Positions 10,183-19,151 of a stretch of 64,000 nt of DNA are shown piece after piece. A model generated the notes under the pieces. That model searched no databases. It saw nothing but the letters and a program-made list of their open reading frames with translations, and was not told the origin of the DNA. The DNA comes from a candidate division FCPU426 bacterium. Lineage in GTDB: Bacteria > Oederibacteriota > Muellerivitia > Muellerivitales > Muellerivitaceae. Made by a program: the position numbers and the translations under genes. The DNA is taken from positions 215,151 to 279,150 of the forward strand of contig CAVTWJ010000014.1 of the NCBI GenBank assembly GCA_963738405.1, read 5' to 3'. The first letter of the stretch is position 1, and each line of letters begins with the position of its first letter.

Positions 10183-10791
10183 GTGCCCATGAATTTCCAA
10201 CTTTTAACCCATCCCGTGATCAACCTTCCCCTTTTCGGGTCCACTTTTGTCCTTATTTTCCTGGCCGAACTACCCGACAAGACGGCTTTGGCCATCATCC
10301 TCATGGCCAGCCGTTATAAACCCCTTGGGGTCTTCGCGGGGGTGGCCGCGGCTTACGTGGTTCAAAACCTAGTGGCCGTCTTCTTTGGCGGGCTTATTTC
10401 CCTTTTGCCTTCGGTGATTGTCCATACCTGCGCGGGCGTCCTGTTTTTGATCTTCGCCTATCTGGTTTGGCGCCATCGCGAGGAGGTGAACGAAAAATTC
10501 TCGGCCCAGAAGACGTTCTTCAAGTCGGCGATTGCCTCCTTTACGGTCATTTTTCTCGCCGAATGGGGCGATTTAACCCAATTGGCCACCGTAACCCTGA
10601 TCGCCAAAACGCGGGATCCATGGACCATCTTTCTCGCCTCCACTTCCGCCCTCTGGGTTTGCTCGGGCCTCATGATTTGGCTCGGCCGAAAGGCCCGAAA
10701 ACTGTTGAAACCGGAGCCGCTTCACAAAATCGCCGCCCTCGCCTTCGCGGTTGTTGGAATCCTTTTGCTGGCGGGGTTTTGGGATAAGTAG
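10183..10791 (+). CDS. TMEM165/GDT1 (UPF0016) cation exporter
   Basis: Twin motifs FLAELPDKT and FLAEWGDLTQ. Confidence 0.85.
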   Translation: MPMNFQLLTHPVINLPLFGSTFVLIFLAELPDKTALAIILMASRYKPLGVFAGVAAAYVVQNLVAVFFGGLISLLPSVIVHTCAGVLFLIFAYLVWRHREEVNEKFSAQKTFFKSAIASFTVIFLAEWGDLTQLATVTLIAKTRDPWTIFLASTSALWVCSGLMIWLGRKARKLLKPEPLHKIAALAFAVVGILLLAGFWDK

Positions 10792-10882
10792 ACCTCTCCC
10801 GCCGGGCCTTTCCACTTGCGATAAAAAAGCCGTTTTGGGTAATATACTCGTCCTTTCCCGGGCTTTCGGGGAAGCAACCGAT

Positions 10883-10959
10883 GCGCCTGTGGCTCAATTG
10901 GATAGAGCGACTGACTACGGATCAGTAGGTTGGGGGTTCAAGTCCCTCCAGGCGCACCA
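10883..10959 (+). tRNA. tRNA-Arg (ACG)
   Basis: Cloverleaf GCGCCTG...CAGGCGC-ACCA, anticodon arm ACTGA-CT ACG GA-TCAGT. Confidence 0.95.
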
Positions 10960-10970
10960 TTTTAAAATGA

Positions 10971-11090
10971 CTTGAACCCTGGGAAAGGGTTCGGGAAAAC
11001 GGAAGTTTTACCGTGTGTTTCGACGGGGTACGTAGGGGGAGTTTCCCCTACGAGCGCTTTGCGCGGTTCAAGCCCCTCCTCATCACACCA
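10971..11090 (+). repeat. tRNA-linked structured element ending in a degenerate tRNA 3' end
   Basis: Outer inverted repeat CTTGAACC/GGTTCAAG, internal hairpins, terminal GGTTCAAGCCCCTCC..CACCA. Confidence 0.55.
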
Positions 11091-11147
11091 TCTTTCTTTA
11101 GAAGAATATATTTGAGGTGTCCGCTGTTCCCCTCCGATGAACCCTTC

Positions 11148-11585
11148 ATGCGGGAAGCCCTGAAAGAAGCTGCCAAGGCCGCCCAAAAGGGAGAGGTGCC
11201 CGTGGGCGCGGTGGTGGTATATGAAGGAAAGATTATCGGCCGGGGCCATAACCTCACCGAGAAAAAACAAAGCGCCCTGACCCACGCCGAAATGGGAGCC
11301 CTCAGCCGGGCAACCCAGAAGATTAAAAGCTGGCGGTTGGCGGACTGCGACCTTTACGTGACGCTGGAGCCCTGCACCATGTGCGCGGGGGCGATTGTTT
11401 TATCCCGAGTCCGGCGGCTGGTTTTCGGGGCGATGGACCCCAAGGCGGGAGCGGTCGTGAGCACGGCCCAGGTGATGGACAACGGGAAATTGAACCACCG
11501 GGTTCAAATCTCGGATGGTATATTAAAAGAAGAATGTTCGCGGGTCCTCACGGACTTCTTTAGGACTTTGCGAAACAAGAAGTGA
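11148..11585 (+). CDS. tadA: tRNA adenosine(34) deaminase
   Basis: EVPVGAV, HAE, LYVTLEPCTMC, FFRTLR; start uncertain (TTG 11112 or ATG 11148). Confidence 0.92.
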   Translation: MREALKEAAKAAQKGEVPVGAVVVYEGKIIGRGHNLTEKKQSALTHAEMGALSRATQKIKSWRLADCDLYVTLEPCTMCAGAIVLSRVRRLVFGAMDPKAGAVVSTAQVMDNGKLNHRVQISDGILKEECSRVLTDFFRTLRNKK

Positions 11586-11592
11586 CGGACGT

Positions 11593-11668
11593 GGGGATGT
11601 AGCTCAGCTGGGAGAGCGTCTCGTTCGCAACGAGAAGGTCGGCGGTTCGATCCCGCTCATCTCCACCA
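11593..11668 (+). tRNA. tRNA-Ala (CGC)
   Basis: GGGGATG...CATCTCC-ACCA with G3:U70 pair; anticodon arm TCTCG-TT CGC AA-CGAGA. Confidence 0.95.
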
Positions 11669-11689
11669 ATTTTTAGAAGTAATACTTTT

Positions 11690-11764
11690 GAGCAGTTGAA
11701 CAATAGAACAGTTGAAGAGTGGATGAAGGCAACTGCGGTCAACTGCTCTACTGGTCAATTGCTC
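11690..11764. repeat. Long imperfect hairpin built from 8-nt tandem units
   Basis: GAGCAGTT GAACAATA GAACAGTT GA ... TC AACTGCTC TACTGGTC AATTGCTC. Confidence 0.6.
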
Positions 11765-11779
11765 GTTTTTTTGAGTGCT

Positions 11780-11870
11780 GGAGAGATGGCCGAGCGGTCG
11801 AAGGCGCACGCCTGGAAAGCGTGTAGGCTCCAAAAGGGTCTCAAGGGTTCGAATCCCTTTCTCTCCGCCA
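11780..11870 (+). tRNA. tRNA-Ser (GGA)
   Basis: GGAGAGA...TCTCTCC-GCCA, long variable arm, anticodon arm CACGC-CT GGA AA-GCGTG. Confidence 0.95.
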
Positions 11871-11951
11871 TATTTTGCGTTTTTTTCCTCTTCTTCCCTC
11901 TACCTCAAGCATGGAAAGTTCGCGGACTTTTCGATTAAGATAGTCAACCCA

Positions 11952-12070
11952 CCTCGGCGTGGAAGTCGGGTCCTATACGGCGGGCGGGCCCCAACTCCGC
12001 TAGGTCCGGAAGGAAGCAACGGTAAGGTCAGTGCCCGGGTGTTGTGGGTAACCTGGCTTCCACGACGAGG
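11952..12070 (+). ncRNA. ffs: Small signal recognition particle RNA (4.5S)
   Basis: Domain IV TAGGTCCGGAAGGAAGCAAC inside a long hairpin (CGTGGAAG...CTTCCACG), upstream of dnaX as usual; ends approximate. Confidence 0.85.
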
Positions 12071-12167
12071 CGGGCCGCATCTTAAGATGCGAAGTTTAAA
12101 GCGAGAAGTTCGGAGCGATAAGTTTTAACCCCTAACCGCTAATTCCTAACTCTTCCGAAGGAAATTT

Positions 12168-13910
12168 ATGCCCCAAGTCATGGCCCTCAAATGGCGTCCC
12201 CAGGTCTTTGCCGACATGGTGGGCCAGGAGCACGTCACCCGAACCCTTCAAAACTCCATCAAGGCCGACCGGGTAGCCCACGCCTACATCTTCGCCGGCC
12301 CCCGCGGCGTCGGCAAAACCACCACCGCCCGCATCTTCGCCAAGGCCCTCAACTGCCGAAATCTTAAAGACGCCGAACCCTGCAACGCCTGCGACCTCTG
12401 CGAGGAAGTCAACCAAGGCTCGGCCATGGACGTCATCGAGATCGACGCGGCCTCCTTCAACCGAGTGGAAGATATCCGCAACCTGCAGGAACAGGTGGGC
12501 ACCTACCCCGCCAAGGCCCGCTACAAGGTTTACATCTTTGACGAAGCGCACCGCATCACCAAACAGGGTTTCGACGCCTTCTTGAAGACTCTGGAAGAAC
12601 CTCCCGCCCACGTCATCTTTATCCTCGCCTCAACTGAAATTCACCAATTCCCCCCCACTGTTCAGTCGCGCTGCCAGCGTTTCGAGTTCCGCTCCATGGG
12701 GATGGACACGCTGGTCAAACAGCTCCGCCGGATCAGCGACGCTGAAAAAATAGAGATCGACGACAAGGCCCTCTACCAGGTGGCCCGGGCCGCCGGGGGT
12801 TCCATGCGCGACGGCCAAAGGACCCTGGACCAAGTCGTGGCCTTCTCCGGTAAAAAAGTGACCTTGGACGATCTTCGGATGGTTTTGGGGTCGATTGAGG
12901 GGGAAGTTTTCCTTAAATTGGCCGAAGCGGCCCTGGCCCAAGACGCCCAGGCCGGGCTGGCGGTGGTTCGATCAGTCATGGAAAGCGGCAAAGATTTAGA
13001 ACATTTCCATTCCGGGCTCTTGGAAACTTTCCGCCACCTAGCCGTTTCCAAAACCTATCCTCAGGCCTCCGGTGAGCTGATCCCCCTTCCGGCGGAAGAA
13101 ATAACCCGGTTAACGGAATTGGCCTCCAGGATGAGCGAAGCCCAAATCCTTTCCTCTTTGCGCCTCCTGTTAGAGCAGGAATGGGCGGTTCGTCACTCCG
13201 GCAGCCCCATGGTCGTCGTGGAAACCCTGGTGCTGGAACTGTGCCGTTTGGGTTCCTTGATTTCCGTGGGCGATCTTTTAAAGCAGGCTGAAACGGGTTC
13301 CGTTAAGATCCCGTCCGCTCCCGCTCGCCCCACAGCCCCAGCCGTAAACCCCGCGGTGGCGGTAATGTCGGAGGCGCCAAAACCCTACACCGCTCCTGTT
13401 GCCCCCGCCCCTGTTTCGGTTTCCGAGGGGGAACCCGCCTTAGCCGTGGATGAGATCGAAGACGCTTCTGAAACAAGCTCCAACCCCGAATTCGCCAAGA
13501 TCAAAAACCGTTGGCGCGAGATTCTTGAAAAGGTCGCGGCCCAAAAGAAAGCGCTGGAAGCCGTACTGCGCGATACCCGCCCCAAAAAGCTGGACGAGGG
13601 CACCCTGGTTCTTTCCTGCCTGGGCCCCTTTCACCAGGAACAAATGACCAAACCGGAAAACAAAATACTGGTCGAGAAAATACTGGAAGAAGAGGTGGGC
13701 CGGCCCATCCATCTGGTTCCCGTGCTCTCAGGCCCCGCCCCAACGGGCACCGCCGCCAAACCGAGCGGTCCCAGGTCTCCCAAGCCCCTTTCAAGCCCCA
13801 AAATCGACGAAAAAGAACTGGAAAAAGAAGAACCGATCGTGGCCGCCGCGTTGAAAATGTTCGGTGGAAAAATTGTCGAGGTCAAACGCAATCCGCCGCC
13901 GGCGAGATAA
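12168..13910 (+). CDS. dnaX: DNA polymerase III subunit gamma/tau
   Basis: KWRPQVF, GPRGVGKTT, EIDAAS, KTLEEPP, SRCQRF. Confidence 0.97.
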   Translation: MPQVMALKWRPQVFADMVGQEHVTRTLQNSIKADRVAHAYIFAGPRGVGKTTTARIFAKALNCRNLKDAEPCNACDLCEEVNQGSAMDVIEIDAASFNRVEDIRNLQEQVGTYPAKARYKVYIFDEAHRITKQGFDAFLKTLEEPPAHVIFILASTEIHQFPPTVQSRCQRFEFRSMGMDTLVKQLRRISDAEKIEIDDKALYQVARAAGGSMRDGQRTLDQVVAFSGKKVTLDDLRMVLGSIEGEVFLKLAEAALAQDAQAGLAVVRSVMESGKDLEHFHSGLLETFRHLAVSKTYPQASGELIPLPAEEITRLTELASRMSEAQILSSLRLLLEQEWAVRHSGSPMVVVETLVLELCRLGSLISVGDLLKQAETGSVKIPSAPARPTAPAVNPAVAVMSEAPKPYTAPVAPAPVSVSEGEPALAVDEIEDASETSSNPEFAKIKNRWREILEKVAAQKKALEAVLRDTRPKKLDEGTLVLSCLGPFHQEQMTKPENKILVEKILEEEVGRPIHLVPVLSGPAPTGTAAKPSGPRSPKPLSSPKIDEKELEKEEPIVAAALKMFGGKIVEVKRNPPPAR

Positions 13911-13979
13911 GCGTTTTTCCGGTTAATTATCGCCCAGAAAAGGTTTATAAAAGATTCATCCCAAACGATGGAGGCGCTC

Positions 13980-14291
13980 ATGCCGGATATGCTCGACCTT
14001 TTCCGCCAAGCCCAGTTGATGAAAGAAAAAATGGCCCAGTTCCAGAAAGAAATGGAAACCCAGACCTTCGACGGGTCGGCGGGGGGAAACGCGGTGACGG
14101 TCACGGTCAACGGCAAACATGAGGTTCAAAACATCTCTATCAACCCCCGGGTCATCGCCACCGGCGACAAAGAACAGCTGGAAGATCTTGTAAAAACCGC
14201 GCTCAATAACGCGGGCCGCCAGGTGAATGAAAAAATGAAGGAAGAAGTCAACCGAATGACCGGCGGATTAGGCATCCCCGGCCTTTTATAA
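13980..14291 (+). CDS. ybaB: YbaB/EbfC nucleoid-associated protein
   Basis: GSAGGNAVTVTVNG, LEDLV; located between dnaX and recR. Confidence 0.92.
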   Translation: MPDMLDLFRQAQLMKEKMAQFQKEMETQTFDGSAGGNAVTVTVNGKHEVQNISINPRVIATGDKEQLEDLVKTALNNAGRQVNEKMKEEVNRMTGGLGIPGLL

Positions 14292-14309
14292 AACTCAGCA
14301 GCCCACAAC

Positions 14310-14912
14310 ATGCCCGACTATCCCCCGTCCCTCGAAAAACTGCTTCACGAACTGGAAAAACTTCCGGGGGTCGGTCCCCGTTCGGCCCAACGCCTGGCCT
14401 TTCACCTGTTGAAGCAACCCGTCGAAAACTCCCAGCTTCTGGCCAAGGCCCTGGTTGAAGCCCGAACCAAACTTCACCCCTGCCGGGATTGCCACAACCT
14501 GACTGAAGAAACCCTTTGCCGAATCTGCCTTGCTCCCGGAAGGGACAAGCAATTGTTGTTGGTGGTGGAAGATCCCAGCGACGTCATCGCCTTTGAGCGC
14601 ACCCACGAGTTTCACGGCCTTTACCATGTCTTGGGCGGTAACCTTTCCCCATTGGAAGGGCGGGGCCCGGACGATCTGAAACTGGATTCACTGGTGGAAA
14701 GGGTGAAAACAAACAGTGTGTTCAAAGAAGTCATTGTCGCGACCGACCCCACGGTGGAAGGGGATTCCACGGCCCTTTATATTCAACATCTATTAAAAGG
14801 AAACCCCATCAAGGTCACCCGCCTCGCCCGGGGCCTGCCCTCGGGCGGGGATGTGGAGTATGCGGACGAATCGACACTTCTAAAGGCCCTGGAAGGGCGC
14901 CGGGAATTATAA
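14310..14912 (+). CDS. recR: Recombination mediator RecR
   Basis: LPGVGPRSAQRLAF, C4 zinc finger, YHVLGG, toprim region EGDSTA, TRLARG. Confidence 0.96.
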   Translation: MPDYPPSLEKLLHELEKLPGVGPRSAQRLAFHLLKQPVENSQLLAKALVEARTKLHPCRDCHNLTEETLCRICLAPGRDKQLLLVVEDPSDVIAFERTHEFHGLYHVLGGNLSPLEGRGPDDLKLDSLVERVKTNSVFKEVIVATDPTVEGDSTALYIQHLLKGNPIKVTRLARGLPSGGDVEYADESTLLKALEGRREL

Positions 14913-15014
14913 ATGGTTGATTCAGTACCATCTTCCTTAAACGACTTATCGGAAGATGGTGCGAATCTGCGCTCCTGCAAATACTCAAAGGTCGGCGTGA
15001 ATTATAAGAAGGGC

Positions 15015-16094
15015 ATGCGAAGCCATCCGCAAATCCTTGTCTGGGTCCTAACCTTGCTCAACCTGATTCCCATTTCCCTACAAGCCGAAGAAACCATTCC
15101 GCCCGATAGCCCCCTCATCCGTTATTCCGGCCGGGTCATCGTGAATAAAACCCGCGGGGCCATTTTCGATTGGCCGGGGGTATCGATTCACGCGGGTTTC
15201 AAGGGAACGGAGGCGGGTTTTCTGATCGACGGAGCCAAAAATAATCTGGAAGTTAAAGTGGACGGAGAAGCCGTCACCACCTGGACCTGCGACCCCTCCC
15301 CCCAAACCTACTGGATCAAAGGCCTTTCCGAGGGAAACCACCAGGTGGAAATCGTCAAACGAACCGAGGGATTGTTCGGACCCGTCATCTTCCAAGGAAT
15401 GGTGCTTGATTCAAAGAGCGAGGCGCAAAAACCTTTTCCCCCCCCGGAGCATCGAATCGAGTTCATCGGGGATTCCTGGATTTGCGGGTACGGGGACGAA
15501 GCCACCACCCTTCACTGCAAGGACCTGCGCCCCTACGAAAACGCAGACCGGGCCTTTGGGGCCCTAACCGCCCGCGCGTTGGGGGCGGAATACCACCTCA
15601 CCGCCTTCTCAGGCCGGGGGGTGGTGCGCAATTACGCTGAAAAAGGCACTTCTTCCCAAGAGCCTTTCGGCGTCCTGTTTAACCGCACGCTGGTGGAGGC
15701 CCGGGATTGCCCTTGGGATTTTTCGCAGTGGGTCCCGGACGCAGTGGTGATCCATTTGGGATTGAACGATTTTTCCTCCACGCCCCATCCCGCACCGCAG
15801 GATTTCATTGAAGGCTATCGTAAACTTCTTCAACAGGTTCGAGCGGCTTATCCCCAGGCTTGGATTATCTGCTTTGCCACCACCGGCTGGCCCTTTTTCA
15901 GCCCCTTGGTGAAGGAAGCCTCGGACAGCTTCAACCGCGGAGGAGATCCCAAGGTGATGTTCGCCGGGTATCCGAGTGTTCCTTTATCGGAACTCGGCTG
16001 CGATTATCACCCCCAGGTCGTCGCCCACCAGCGGCTGGCGGATATCTTGGCGCCGGTTATTCGGAAGACTCTCGGCTGGGGTCCATTACAATAG
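15015..16094 (+). CDS. SGNH/GDSL esterase, carbohydrate esterase family 2-like, with signal peptide
   Basis: IRYSGR, FDWPG, KRTE, IEFIGDSWICGYG, LGLNDFS, DYHP. Confidence 0.8.
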   Translation: MRSHPQILVWVLTLLNLIPISLQAEETIPPDSPLIRYSGRVIVNKTRGAIFDWPGVSIHAGFKGTEAGFLIDGAKNNLEVKVDGEAVTTWTCDPSPQTYWIKGLSEGNHQVEIVKRTEGLFGPVIFQGMVLDSKSEAQKPFPPPEHRIEFIGDSWICGYGDEATTLHCKDLRPYENADRAFGALTARALGAEYHLTAFSGRGVVRNYAEKGTSSQEPFGVLFNRTLVEARDCPWDFSQWVPDAVVIHLGLNDFSSTPHPAPQDFIEGYRKLLQQVRAAYPQAWIICFATTGWPFFSPLVKEASDSFNRGGDPKVMFAGYPSVPLSELGCDYHPQVVAHQRLADILAPVIRKTLGWGPLQ

Positions 16095-16127
16095 ACTGCG
16101 CTGTTCAATCCTTTTTTAGGAGTTCCC

Positions 16128-17162
16128 GTGAAAGTTCTCATCCTTGGCGGAACCGGCCTCATTTCAACCGCCATTGTGAACCAGCTCGTCGAGCGGGGGG
16201 ATGAAGTGACGGTTTATAACCGGGGTGTCACGCCTTGGCGCATCCCCAAAACCGTTAAGGAGATCAAGGGCAACCGCTGGGACACCCCCGCCTTCGAGGC
16301 CCAGATGAAAGATGTTTCTTTTGACGCGGTTATCGACATGGTGGCTTTCGCGCCCGAGAACGCCGAGTCGGTTCTAAGGGCCTTCACCGGCAAGGTCAAA
16401 CAAATCGTGGTTTGTTCTACTGTTTGCGTTTACGGCGGGCCCATGACCAAGCTTCCCGCCACGGATGACGAACCCCACCGGTCTGTCACCGATTACGGAC
16501 GCAACAAATCCAAAATTGAGAATATCCTTCTTTCCGCCAACGGTAAGAACGGGCTCCACACCACCGTCATCCGTCCTTCTTATACAACAGGGGAAGGGGC
16601 CGAATATCCGGGATTACTTTTTGACAACAGCCTTCCCAACCGCCTCAAAGAGGGCCTGCCGGTCATCGTGATGGATGAGGGAAAAGCGGCCTGGGCGGTC
16701 GCGCATGTGAGCGACGTGGGCCGGGCCTTCGTGAATTCACTCTTGAACCCCCAAGCCTATGGCCAGGCCTACCATGCCACCAGCGACGAGCACACTACTT
16801 GGGATGGGGTTTATGAGGCCATGGCCAAAGCCGTAGGAGGAAAATTCAACCCGGTTCACATCCCCACCGATTGGCTCTATTCCAACGCTCCTCGCCGAAG
16901 CCTCGGGGTGAAATTTATTTATCAGTACCCTTCGATCTTCGATAACTCTAAAGCCAAAAAGGATTTGGGTTTCAAGACCACCGTTCCTTTGGTTGAAACT
17001 TGGCGGCGCCAATTTGAATGGATGGAACAAAACGGAAAAACCAAGAAGACATCCGAAGATACTTTCGAAGACTTGATGATCGAAGCCTATCAAAAGGGCG
17101 TGAAACCCGCGCTACCCGAGGGGATGGACTTTAATCCTTGGGGGAACGGAACGACCAACTAG
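16128..17162 (+). CDS. NAD-dependent epimerase/dehydratase (extended SDR)
   Basis: GGTGLIS Rossmann motif, YGRNK catalytic YxxxK. Confidence 0.85.
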   Translation: MKVLILGGTGLISTAIVNQLVERGDEVTVYNRGVTPWRIPKTVKEIKGNRWDTPAFEAQMKDVSFDAVIDMVAFAPENAESVLRAFTGKVKQIVVCSTVCVYGGPMTKLPATDDEPHRSVTDYGRNKSKIENILLSANGKNGLHTTVIRPSYTTGEGAEYPGLLFDNSLPNRLKEGLPVIVMDEGKAAWAVAHVSDVGRAFVNSLLNPQAYGQAYHATSDEHTTWDGVYEAMAKAVGGKFNPVHIPTDWLYSNAPRRSLGVKFIYQYPSIFDNSKAKKDLGFKTTVPLVETWRRQFEWMEQNGKTKKTSEDTFEDLMIEAYQKGVKPALPEGMDFNPWGNGTTN

Positions 17163-17343
17163 TGGCCGTTCCGTTGGTGCCGTTCACTTTATTGTTGGAT
17201 ATCAAAACGGCAAAACGAGACCATGAACTAAGGTAAACTTGACTTTTGGAAGGGGTGAATTAGACTATCCCTCCCCCGAAAACCCTTGGTTTTTGGGGTT
17301 TTATTTGCATCTACAACTTAAAACACCCGTGTTTCGGGTAAAT

Positions 17344-17418
17344 TCCCCGGTAGCTCAATGGTGGAGCATGCGACTGTTAATCGCAGGGTTGTTGGTTCGA
17401 GTCCAACCCGGGGAGCCA
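17344..17418 (+). tRNA. tRNA-Asn (GTT)
   Basis: TCCCCGG...CCGGGGA-GCCA; anticodon arm TGCGA-CT GTT AA-TCGCA. Confidence 0.95.
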
Positions 17419-17425
17419 TAAACGT

Positions 17426-17465
17426 AAAGGGCCCATTCCAAGAGGAATCGGGCCCTTTTCTTTTT
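17426..17465 (+). terminator. Rho-independent terminator after tRNA-Asn
   Basis: AAAGGGCCC..GGGCCCTTTT followed by a T-rich tract. Confidence 0.75.
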
Positions 17466-17472
17466 GTGTTTC

Positions 17473-17575
17473 CCCGGGTTAAGAGGGTATGGGGGATGAT
17501 AGGCCCCCATGTCGTTCAAAGGGGTCTACAGGGGTCTTTTCCCCTGTAAGCGCGAATGCGCACCCGGGTGAGCCA
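17473..17575 (+). repeat. tRNA-linked structured element ending in a degenerate tRNA-Asn 3' end
   Basis: Outer inverted repeat CCCGGGT/ACCCGGG, hairpins, terminal ACCCGGGTGAGCCA versus tRNA ACCCGGGGAGCCA. Confidence 0.55.
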
Positions 17576-17765
17576 TTTTAATAGAGCCGTCCGCCATAAA
17601 GCGGATGGCCTTTTTTTGTATTTACCGGGTTGGACGAGAACCAAAAAGGGGTATGGGGCGGAACGGAGGTTCTGCCCCGGTCTTGAACTGGGGGTATACA
17701 GGGGGGTATATTGCGCCACTTTTTCCGTTATACTTCACCTGTTTTCCACTGTGGGAGGAACCCCA

Positions 17766-17960
17766 ATGACGCCCATTACCTTAGTCAATAACCCAGACCT
17801 CTATTCCGGCCAATACGTGGCCGTGAAATCATTCACAGACCGTGAAGTCATCAGCCACGGTGAAATCCCCATGAATGTTGTCAATGAGGCAAAAGAGAAG
17901 GGCTTTCAAGAGCCCGTACTATTATTCATCCCTGAAAAAGGCATGCTGAACGTTTATTAA
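17766..17960 (+). CDS. DUF5678-like small protein
   Basis: 64 aa after a GGAGG RBS; YSGQYVAV...VISHG...EAKEKGFQEPVLLFIP. Confidence 0.7.
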   Translation: MTPITLVNNPDLYSGQYVAVKSFTDREVISHGEIPMNVVNEAKEKGFQEPVLLFIPEKGMLNVY

Positions 17961-18367
17961 TGCCCATTCAAAATATTCCATTTCTAAACGACCACCCCTA
18001 CCTAGCGATCAGGATCATTAATCCGCATACGGGCTTACAGCAAAAATTATTCGCCTTGGTGGATACCGGGGCGGATGAATGCACGATTCCCGCCTTGTAC
18101 GCCCCTTTACTGGGGCACAATTTAACGCTCGGCAATCCTAAAAACGCCGCCACTGCGGGCGGCCCGGCCACGGGTTTCGGCCATACCACCACCATCGAAA
18201 TTTACGACCACCGAACAAGCGCCCTTCTTTTCACCATCAAGGATGTCATTGTCGATTACATGCCGGGCCTTCACATACCTTTGTTGGGGGTTAAGCATTT
18301 TCTTGAGAATTTCGAACTGAATATCCATTACCCCAACAAGGTATTTTCGATTAAATGGCCCCAATAA
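17960..18367 (+). CDS. Retropepsin-like (clan AA) aspartic protease
   Basis: ALVDTGADEC and PLLGVKHFL motifs; TAATG stop/start overlap with the upstream gene. Confidence 0.8.
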   Translation: MPIQNIPFLNDHPYLAIRIINPHTGLQQKLFALVDTGADECTIPALYAPLLGHNLTLGNPKNAATAGGPATGFGHTTTIEIYDHRTSALLFTIKDVIVDYMPGLHIPLLGVKHFLENFELNIHYPNKVFSIKWPQ

Positions 18368-18646
18368 TTTTTTCCGTATAACGGCCTACGTGTAAAACCC
18401 GTGTTGTCATTTTGGCCCATCCACGCCAAGGCTTCGTGGATGCCCACCGGGTTGTTGTTTTTCAATATTCAAATTTCTTTTTTCAGCCCTGTCCCTTTTT
18501 CTCCAAATTGACCTTTTTCATTCCCATCGTCCGGCCCGAACGAAAATCGATTCCCGGCGGTTGAAACCTGAAGAGCCCCCTCCCTAGCCTTATTGTGAAG
18601 GGGAGGTCCCAATCCTCCCCTGCAACATAGACCTAAGGAGGAACCC

Positions 18647-19027
18647 ATGAAAAACCCGATAGTTGTCTTCGCAGGCGCCTTATTTTTTGGCGCCCTTTCC
18701 CTGCCTTTGCCGATCCGGGCGGGTATCTCCGCGGGCCCGGTCAGGGCCGACATCAATGCGGATTATTCCGATTTGATCCAGGCGGAAAGCGGAATTCAAA
18801 AAGCGGACGAGGAAATGGACAATTCCCGGAAAAAGATGGAGAGAAATGTCCTTAGCCAATACGAGCGTGATTCCTTGAAAGACATCATCATGCGGGACCA
18901 CGACATCATCGCGGCCTACCGGGCCGAGGCTCTGGAGGATATCCAATTCCTAAGCATCCGGCCGGGGGCCCTGACGCGGGCGCAAAGGGACACGGTGGAC
19001 GAGGCGGAAATTGAGATGAAGGATTAA
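18647..19027 (+). CDS. Hypothetical exported helical protein
   Basis: AAGGAGG RBS, signal-peptide-like N-terminus, coiled-coil-like body. Confidence 0.6.
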   Translation: MKNPIVVFAGALFFGALSLPLPIRAGISAGPVRADINADYSDLIQAESGIQKADEEMDNSRKKMERNVLSQYERDSLKDIIMRDHDIIAAYRAEALEDIQFLSIRPGALTRAQRDTVDEAEIEMKD

Positions 19028-19151
19028 AACCGGCTTAGGTTCATAAGGGGCCTGGCTGGCCCCTTAATTCAGATCGGTTTTTGGGTGTCCCAGGGAATTG
19101 GGCCTAAAATGGAAAATGGTGGCCTGGACTTCCCCCGATTTAGTGGACAAT

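Noticed and set aside
11041..11090. Additional tRNA gene
   Set aside because: Only a T-loop/CCA-like tail is present; there is no D arm, anticodon arm or properly paired T stem
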